Below are positions 54,867 through 64,000 of a DNA stretch of 64,000 nucleotides, in pieces. The stretch comes from Hyaloraphidium curvatum SAG 235-1 (Eukaryota > Fungi > Monoblepharomycota), in contig JAIVFI010000040.1 of the NCBI GenBank assembly GCA_025558095.1, positions 186,001-250,000 of the forward strand, in the 5' to 3' direction. The notes below the pieces were generated by a model. It saw only the letters and a program-made list of their open reading frames with translations, ran no database searches and was not told the DNA's origin. Position numbers and translations under genes: made by a program. How positions within the stretch are numbered: the first letter of the stretch is position 1; each line of letters starts with the position of its first letter.

Positions 54867-55667
54867 TCACCCCGCGGCCTCGCCCCGCAGCCCGTCCAGG
54901 AACTCGGCGATGAACCGGTCCATCCTCCTCCTCTCGTCCCCTCCCGGGCTCCTCAGCAGGTACTCCACCCCCCTCTCCACCATCCACCCCCCCATCCGCG
55001 CCAGGAACTTCCAGTCCTCCCCCGACATGCCAGACACCTCGACCCCCGGCTCGGCGAGCAGCATCCTCAGCCCGTCCGCGGCCGACGCGGCCCTCGCGCC
55101 GTACACGGCGAGGTCGGCGGGGGACAGGCGGTTCCAGTGCGCGCGGTAGAGGTACCCGAAGGCGATGCGGAGGCGGATGCCGCGGGGGAGGAGGGCGGAA
55201 CGGTGGAAGGCGAGGGTGGATTCGGTGCACGAGGGGCCGCAGTCGCCGTCCAGCTGGTGGCCCGAGGATCGGTGGCACGGTTGGTACGTCTGGTAGAGCG
55301 TGAGCACGGTGCCTGGAGGGGAACGGGCCAGGGCCGCCAGGAGAGCGGGGTCGCGGAACGCGAACTCCTCGGCGTGCGTCCGGTTGCCGGCGGCGCAGTT
55401 GGTGTACCGCCCCACAAAGTCGGGACGGCCGGGAGCGCGGAGCACGGCGACGACGGTAGCGGATTTCCTGGCACAGGGCCTGCCGGTCCGCATGCACCGC
55501 TCGCGGACGCCTGCCTCGGCCGAGGGCTCGACGTGCCAGAACGAGGCGCAAAAGTCGTCCTCGCCGTTGAGCAGCCGCTCCTTGCGGGAGACGTGCGGCT
55601 GCGGCGCGCCCCAAACGGATGGCGGCGAGCAGTCGCCGGGGCAGGAGGTGACCGAGGTGGCGGCCAT
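54867..55667 (-). CDS. AID/APOBEC-like zinc-dependent deaminase, intronless, 266 aa
   Basis: YTNC...THAEE; LTLYQTYQPCH...SC; LRIAFGYLYRAHW; DGLRMLLAEPGVEVSGMSGEDW. Confidence 0.85.
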   Translation of the reverse strand: MAATSVTSCPGDCSPPSVWGAPQPHVSRKERLLNGEDDFCASFWHVEPSAEAGVRERCMRTGRPCARKSATVVAVLRAPGRPDFVGRYTNCAAGNRTHAEEFAFRDPALLAALARSPPGTVLTLYQTYQPCHRSSGHQLDGDCGPSCTESTLAFHRSALLPRGIRLRIAFGYLYRAHWNRLSPADLAVYGARAASAADGLRMLLAEPGVEVSGMSGEDWKFLARMGGWMVERGVEYLLRSPGGDERRRMDRFIAEFLDGLRGEAAG

Positions 55668-56013
55668 TGCTCCGAGGGGAGTCGTTGGCTGCCCGCCTTC
55701 CCAAACGCAGAGGGATCCTCGCTGGCCGGGAAGAGAGACTTCCGACCACGATGAGAGCCGTCCTGTGGATCCAGGAAAGCAGGACCCGGGGGAAGAGGGA
55801 CGAGTCACCTCTGGAGGACGAGGAAGAGAAAGTGGGACGAGCGATGCGACGAACACATCGAGAACCCAAGACGCCCAGTCTCTTCGACCGACAAGCCGAC
55901 GTGAGATCTCCCATCTACCATCTCCCAGACCCTCCCCTTGCAAGGTCCAAGCGGATTCGCAATACAGTCAGCTCCCGCCGCGGCGGCGGCTTCTACATGT
56001 CCCGTTCGCCCGG

Positions 56014-57480
<1,467 letters not shown>

Positions 57481-57505
57481 TTCGGGCGCCTCGCCGCCGA
57501 CAGGC

Positions 57506-59321
57506 CTACCTCCCGCCCTTAACATCCTCCTCGACCGCCCGTGCGTAGAGCTCCTGCAGCCTCTCTGTCACCGGCCCCCTCCCCCCCTCCCACGATTCCC
57601 CCTCCCCGATCACCCGCCCGTCGATAACCCCGACGGGCGTCAGCCCCGCGAACGTGCCGGTTACAAAGGCCTCCTCGGCCGAGTACGCCTGCGCGAGCGT
57701 GATGTCCGCTTCCCGGAACGGGATCCCGTTCTCGGCGCACAGGCGGAGGACGTTGGCACGGGTGATCCCTGGCATCTGGTACTTTGCGTGCGGCGCGAGC
57801 ACCACCCCCTTCCGCACCACCATGAAGTTGGTCGAGTTGCAGGTGGCGATGAAGCCGTGCGGATCCAGCATCAGGCTCTCGTCTGCGCCCGCGCGGTTGC
57901 CCTGGATGCTGGCCGCGATGCAATTCAGCTTGCTGTGAGAGTTGAGCTGCGGGTCTTGCACGTCTGGATACCCTCGCCGCACGTGGCACGTGTGCAGCTT
58001 TATGCCCTTGGCCTTGGCCTCGGCGGGGACAAACTTCCATTCGGGGACGATGACCACGGTCGGCTTGCCCGCCGTCGCCGCCGGGTTCTGGAACAGCTTG
58101 GTCTTCAGCCCCCTCGTGACCATCACGCGGATGTGCACCCCCGACGCCCCGCGCATGCCGTTGGCGTCGGCCGTTCGGTACACCATCCCCCGGAGCTCGT
58201 CCTTGGTCATCCCCGGGCGCATGTCGAGGGCCTTCATGCCCTCCCAGAGGCGGTCGGCGTGCGCGGACCAGAAGGCCAGGGCGCCGCGGTGCAGTCGCAC
58301 GCCTTCCCAGACGCCGTCGCCTAGCACGAACCCGGCGTCGAAGACGGGGACACGGGCGAGGGGGCGGTGCACCAGGTCGAAGGCTGTAGAAGGGGCGTGT
58401 CGGCGAAATGAGAGGCGTTTTGTGAAGGAGACGAGCAAACCCACTGTCGAGCACGCCGTCGCGTGTGCCGACCATGATGTCCGCGTTCCGAGGGTCGTCC
58501 AGATAGTTGTGCGTCCCGCCCGCCTGCTTTGGCCCCGCATCCGGCGCCTCGATCCTCCCCGGCCGGAGCGCCCTCCTCCTTAGCAGCTCAAAGATGGGCC
58601 AGCACATGTCCAGGACCCCCTTGAGCTCCTGCGGTACCTCCTCCTCCCTCTCACCCTCCGGCGCTTCGAATCCCGTGCTGGCGTGCGTCCGCGCATAGAA
58701 ATAGGGCGCCCACGGCCCGTCGAACTCCTTCGGCCCCGCGGGCCACGAGAGCATCGCCGGATCGAACGGGATCCCCAGCCTCCCGCACAGCAGCCTCAGC
58801 GTCTCCTCCGGATGCGCCGCCAGATCGTCCGAAAGCACAACCGGCACGTCCTGCCCCGCCGCCTCGGCCGCCGCGAGGATTTCGAGCGCGGCGGGGAACC
58901 CGGATTCCTGCAGCGACACGGGGAGCACCTTGCCGAAGGAGCGGAGGACAGCCAAGGGGTGGCGCACGAGGAGAAAGTGCCGCACCGCGGTTCCCGAGGG
59001 GAGCTGGCCCGAGGGAGGGAACAGCAGCGCGTGGGGGGCGGCGACCTTGTGCTTGGTCATCTGCTTGGCGAACAGGATCGGTTTGCGCTTCGGGACGAGG
59101 GCGGCGGCGGCAACGGCGCCGTCGGCCGGTTGACTCGCGAGCACTGCATCGCGGTACGGCCGGTCGAACCCCGTGAGTTGGAGGAAGGAAGCGTAGAGGG
59201 GCTCGTCGGCCACTTCGCAGTCGGCGCGGCGGGAGAAGGAGTACATGAGCGCCGTGGAGAGGCAGCGGGGGGAGGACCAGCAGTGGATCGTCAAGGGAGT
59301 GGGGGCTGACGGGGATGCCAT
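57506..59321 (-). CDS. Branched-chain aminotransferase-like fusion (sulfotransferase-like domain + class IV PLP aminotransferase)
   Basis: WSSPRCLSTALMYSF...DEPLY; then DAGFVLGDGVWEG; LNSHSKLNCI; GITR; EEAFVTGTFAG; one intron near 58386-58445. Confidence 0.93.
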
Positions 59322-59582
59322 CTTCTGATCGGCAAGATAAATGGGGCTGGAGGTGCGGGGAGGCAGGAGCGGGGAACGCGTCGTGGCGGCGTCGCCGCGG
59401 TTCTGAAGACGCCTCTCGAGGGCAACCACCCCCGTGAATAAAACCTAAAGATCAATGAGCTCGTGTTCCAGGTCCGAGTCGCGTTCCCAGAGCCAGAAGA
59501 TGCCTAGGATTCCGGGGAAAACTTCGAGGAGTGATGCTTCCAAACCCTTTCCCATATTCCCCATTCGCGTGGCGGGGGAGCG

Positions 59583-62500
59583 ATGGACGCGGAGGCGGAT
59601 GCCGCCGAGCTGCCGGCGTCCGGCGCCATCGCTCGGTGGGGGAAAGGGGAATCGGACCACTTGTGGGTTTCCTGCTTGTTTTGTTTGTAGGCGCTCTGAC
59701 GCGTCGGCAGCCTCGAGGCGGTCAAGGCCGCGTTGGGCCGCGACCGGTCCCGTGGGGAGCCACTACCACGCAATGTGCGGTCGCTGCTCGAACGCGTCGT
59801 TCGCGCCGCCGTGCACGCGCAGCCCGACGGCGCGGCGATGGGCGCCGCCGCCGCCGCGGACTTCCTGAAGAAGGCGTCGCTCGCCGCGGGCCCGCCGCCC
59901 GGAGACGGCGTGGCGCCGGCGGGCGACGAGCTGGCGATCACGGCCGCCGCGGACGCCGACGCGTTCGGCTCGTTCGTGGCGGACCTGCTGTGGGTGCTGG
60001 ACGCGGAACTGGGCGACTGGGACAAGCCGCCAAAGGACCTGGCCCGCGATCCGGCGAGGGCGCTGGAGCAGGTCAAGAAGGACCTGCCGCCGCCACGGCT
60101 GCGGCTGGTCGAGCTGGTGAAGCAAATCGTGGTGAGTTGCGAAGCGGAACGCCCTCACGACAGTTTGCCAACAAAGCTCCTTCGCCGGGGTGCCAGAAAA
60201 ACGAGTGCGTCAGCGCGACCCTCCTCCGGCTCCGCCTGGAAACGGAGCTGCTGTTCTTCGCCGGCTTGCTGCCCACCGACATGGGCAACTTCGCGCGCAA
60301 GACCATCCGCAACAACACGGCGCAGCTCTACAAGCAGCAGAAGTTCAACCTCCTCCGCGAGGAGTCCGAGGGCTGGGCGCGCGTCATCGTCGAGGTCGGC
60401 GGCAACTGCGTCAACGCAGACGATCTCGCGTCGACGTACGACGCCACGCCGGCGGAGCTCGAGGCCATCATGCGGAACCGCGTCTCGACCGTGCTCCGCA
60501 ACCTGCGCGCCCTCGTGGGCTACTTCGACCTCGATCCCAACCGCGTGCTGGACGTCATCATCGACATCTTCATCGCCAACGTGCGGGACTACTACGATTT
60601 CTTCCTGCGGCTGCTGGAGGAGTCGCCGTGGGGCCGCAAGACCTCGTGGAAGGGCGACGCCTCGGCCCCAGTTGCCCCCGTGCCGACCGATACCCCCATG
60701 CGCGACGAGGACGCCAGCGACGACGAAGGCGAGGCCGGGCAGGACGACGAAGGGCCGCAGCCGATCCCGCTGCTGGCCCAGATCCTGGGCTTCCAGTACC
60801 AGTACTACGCGGCCCGCCTGGCTTCCAGCTCCGCGCCGGCGGGCTGGCCCTTCACGGACGATCTGCCTCCGCGGGACCGGCATCCAGGGGAAGTACCGAC
60901 GGACCTGCAGCTCGTGGCGGCGCTGCTGATCCGCCGCGGGCTGGTGCGGATCGAGGACCTGTGGGTGCACATGGGGAGGGGCATCGGGACGGGGAGCGAG
61001 GACGCGGACGCAGCGGATTTGGAGGCGCATTTCAAGGAGTGGCAGGATGCGCAGAGGAAGAAGGCGAGGGAGAACAGGGGGGCCAGCGCGCTGGCGGTGA
61101 GTTGCTGTTTTTGATCCCAGTGGTCATGTCCCTTATTTCGTCGTGTCAACAGGAAGCGGCACCGTTGGCCGACGAGTCGGCGCCCAGATACCCACCTCCC
61201 CCTGCGACCGCAGCCGAGGAGGGCAAGAAGCCCGAGCCGCCGCCGCCAAAGGCTTCTTTACCCTCCCGACCTGCCCCACGCCTGATCGACCAGAAGGCCA
61301 ACCTCTGCTGCGCGCTCCTGGCAGTCGGCGCCTACCACCAGGCGCTTTGGATCTTGGACCGGCTTCCCAAGCTACCGTACGTGCAGCCCGAGATCTCCGC
61401 CCTCCTCTGCCGGGCAATCCACGTGATGATCGAACCCCTCTACGCCCCTTTGCGGCCGCTGCCCAAGGTCGTCTTCACCCCTTCGAGCCTCCAAATCTCC
61501 CCCACGATTCACTGGCGGGACGTGGATGTCCCGCGCACCGCTCGCCGCGGGCAGCGTGTCTACCGCTACTTCTATTCGGAGTGGACCGAGGGCCTCCCCT
61601 CGTGGGACCGCCCGCAGGCCCTTCTCCACGGACTTTCGGGCGTGCTCCGCTATGTCACTGTGCAGGGGCTCGGCAGCGACCCGCGACTGTGGGCCAAGCT
61701 GGTCCGCATCGCCGCCGCGCACATCCGTACCTCCATCCTCCCGCGCGGACCCGTGGGCTCGGAGGAGCTCCTGCCCGAGCTCCGCCCCTGGCTTGTCATC
61801 GTTTCGCGGTACCTTCTGCCGGCGCTCAGCACGACGTACGCCAACCCGGGCCTGGCCAATGAGATGTGGAATCTCCTCTCGCAGCTCACGTGGCCCATCC
61901 GGCAGACCCTTTACCGGGACTGGGCCAAGCGGTTTGACGAGGTGCCGGAGCTCGAGTACCACAAGGAAAAGTGCACGAGGGACACGCAGTACTTCATGAA
62001 GCGCATCTCGCAGGAGACGGTGCGGCAGCTGGGCCGCGTGCTGGGCAAGGTGGTCCACGGCAACCCCGTGATCGCGTACCCGATCGTCCTGGCCACCATT
62101 GAGGAGTACTCCAACTTCATCGCGCCGATCGTCGAGTCGTCCAAGTACGTGACGCACTTCGGAATCGATGTCCTCAGCGACTCGCTGCTGGCCAAGCTCG
62201 AGGGCGACCGCGACCGGCTCAAGGCCGACGGCGTGAGCGTGGAAAAGTGGTTCATGAACATCGCGATGTTTGCCTCGGCGGCCCTCAAGAAGCACTCGGA
62301 CCGGATGGAACTCTCGGGCTTCCTCAAGCTCGTCTACGACCGCCTGACCGAGAAGGAGTCGGTGGCGGACCTCACCATCCTCGCCGAAATCATCAGCAAG
62401 ATGGCCGGCATCGAGAGCATCGAGAGCCTGTCGGACGCGCAGCTCGAGGCGCTCAGCGGCGGCGACACCCTGCGCCGCGAGGGCGTCTACGGCGCCGAGA

Positions 62501-63951
62501 TCAACCGCAACACGCGCAAGAGCAGCGTCAAGCTCCGCGACACGCTGGTCGAGAACCGGCTGGCAACGGCCATGGCGCTCGCGATCGGCCGCGAACGCGC
62601 GGTGGTGGCGCACAGCGACATTGCCGAGCACCTCAAGATGATCTCGAGCATGTACGACCAGTGCCAGGACAGCCTGGTGCAGTACGCCGAGTTCCTTGCG
62701 GGCAGCCTGGACGCCGCGGCGTACGGCGAGGTGATGCCCATGCCGGACGAGCTGGTGCTGGACTATCACCTGGAGCCGGACGTGGCCTTCCACCTGGCCA
62801 GGCCCAAGCTCAACCACGCCATTCGGGCGGCGGACGCGGCGAAAAAGGCACAGGCGGCGCTGGCCAACGCGACAAAGCCGGCTGTGGCCGCACCGGAGAA
62901 GGAAAAGCCGGCGGAAAAGAAGGAGGCCTCGGTCGAGAACGGCACGGACAAGGCGGGTTCGGCCATGGATGTCGACGAACCGGCGGTCAAGGTGGAAACG
63001 GCACCGGTGGAGCAGAAGGAGGCGGACGTGTGGCATCCGGGTCTCCTGGAGATCATCCGTCGGGTCGAACGGATCCTGCCTCAGCCGACGTGGAAGGGCA
63101 TCAGCCCCAACTTCTACGTCACCTTCTGGCAGCTCTCGCTCTACGACATCCACGTGCCCAAAGCTCGGTACCAGAGCCAGATCGATACGGAGCGGCAGAA
63201 GATGAAGGAACTCGACCCGACGGATCAGAAGTCCTTCAAGAGCGACAAGGCGGGGCAGGAGAAGCGGCGCATGTACGAGCGCTCGGCGACCCTCGTCAAG
63301 ACCTTGGAGCAGGAGCTCAGGGAGCAGCAGGAGAACCACAAGAAGGTGCTTGCGCGGCTGCAGCGCGAAAAGGACCACTGGTTTGCGGCGGACGGTGGGT
63401 CTATGAACCGTGTCCATGACGACCTTTTGCTCATGCTCCATGAACGGGATACAGGTCAACGCCATAGCGCCACGAACCTGCTATCGCAGCATTGCCTCGT
63501 CCCGCGGGGCTTCTTTTCGCACACCGACGCCGTATACTGCGCCAAGTTTGTCTTCCTCATCCACAAGATGGGAGCAGCCAACTTTTCCACCATTGCACTG
63601 TTGGATCGGGTGAGTTCTCTCTTGCGACACGCGCCGCCGTTTTTCGGCAACTTATTCAATCGGCAGAGTCTGTCCGACATCACGATCTTCGTGATCGGTG
63701 CCACGGAAAACGAGGCGAGGCATTACGGTCGCTGGCTCTCGGAGGTCCTTCACACGCTGCACCGCTGGTACCTGAGCCGGAAGCTGTTCGAGGAGGAGGG
63801 CAGGGGCCCGGGCGAGGGCTTGCCCGGCCTTGTGATGGTGTCCGGTCGTCGTGGGCCGGACGACAAGACACCTGCCCCGCTGGACTACGCAGGTTTCCAA
63901 AGGATTCACGGCAAGTGGTTCGACAGGATTCAGCTGGTGAGTCCGCCGTAA
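59583..63951 (+). CDS. THO2: THO complex subunit 2, runs off the window
   Basis: LYKQQKFNLLREESEG; GYFDLDPNRVLD; MKRIS; FYVTFWQLSLYDIHVP; CLVPR..FS..DAVYCAKF. Confidence 0.97.
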
Positions 63952-64000
63952 AGGGTCTACGGGTCACAAGAAGCTGAAGCATCTTCGCAGGCTCTGACCC

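Overview
This is GC-rich, gene-dense eukaryotic DNA with many short GT-AG introns (mostly ~45-70 nt, CTGAC/CTAAC-type branch sites). Gene content (chitin deacetylase, fasciclin GPI protein, Hsv2, F-box/LRR-like genes) points to an early-diverging fungus, probably chytrid/monoblepharid-like; this is inference. Most ORF-track entries are GC-driven shadow ORFs, so I assembled about 35 spliced gene models by eye. Housekeeping genes: SDH5, thioredoxin, RPL7, HSV2, MCCC2, MGMT, CDC42, THO2, neurochondrin. Metabolic genes: P450, MOSC, GST, MBL hydrolase, CE4 deacetylase, OFA-MFS transporter, BCAT-like fusion. Highlights: (1) an intronless AID/APOBEC-type zinc deaminase (54867-55667), a family not normally associated with fungi; (2) a protein ending in STAN- and TIM-like motifs of the animal centriole factor STIL/Ana2; (3) a C/D snoRNA of snR39B/SNORD2 type inside an RPL7 intron; (4) an LCIB/theta-carbonic-anhydrase-like protein with a mitochondrial-type presequence; (5) an F-box gene split inside its F-box by a 1170-bp opposite-strand insert carrying a His/Cys-rich gene fragment; (6) a duplicated MFS last exon and 3' UTR that brackets a ~3.7-kb block holding an orphan three-repeat gene next to the deaminase. 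No database searches were run; family calls rest on recognised motifs, and splice boundaries are approximate.
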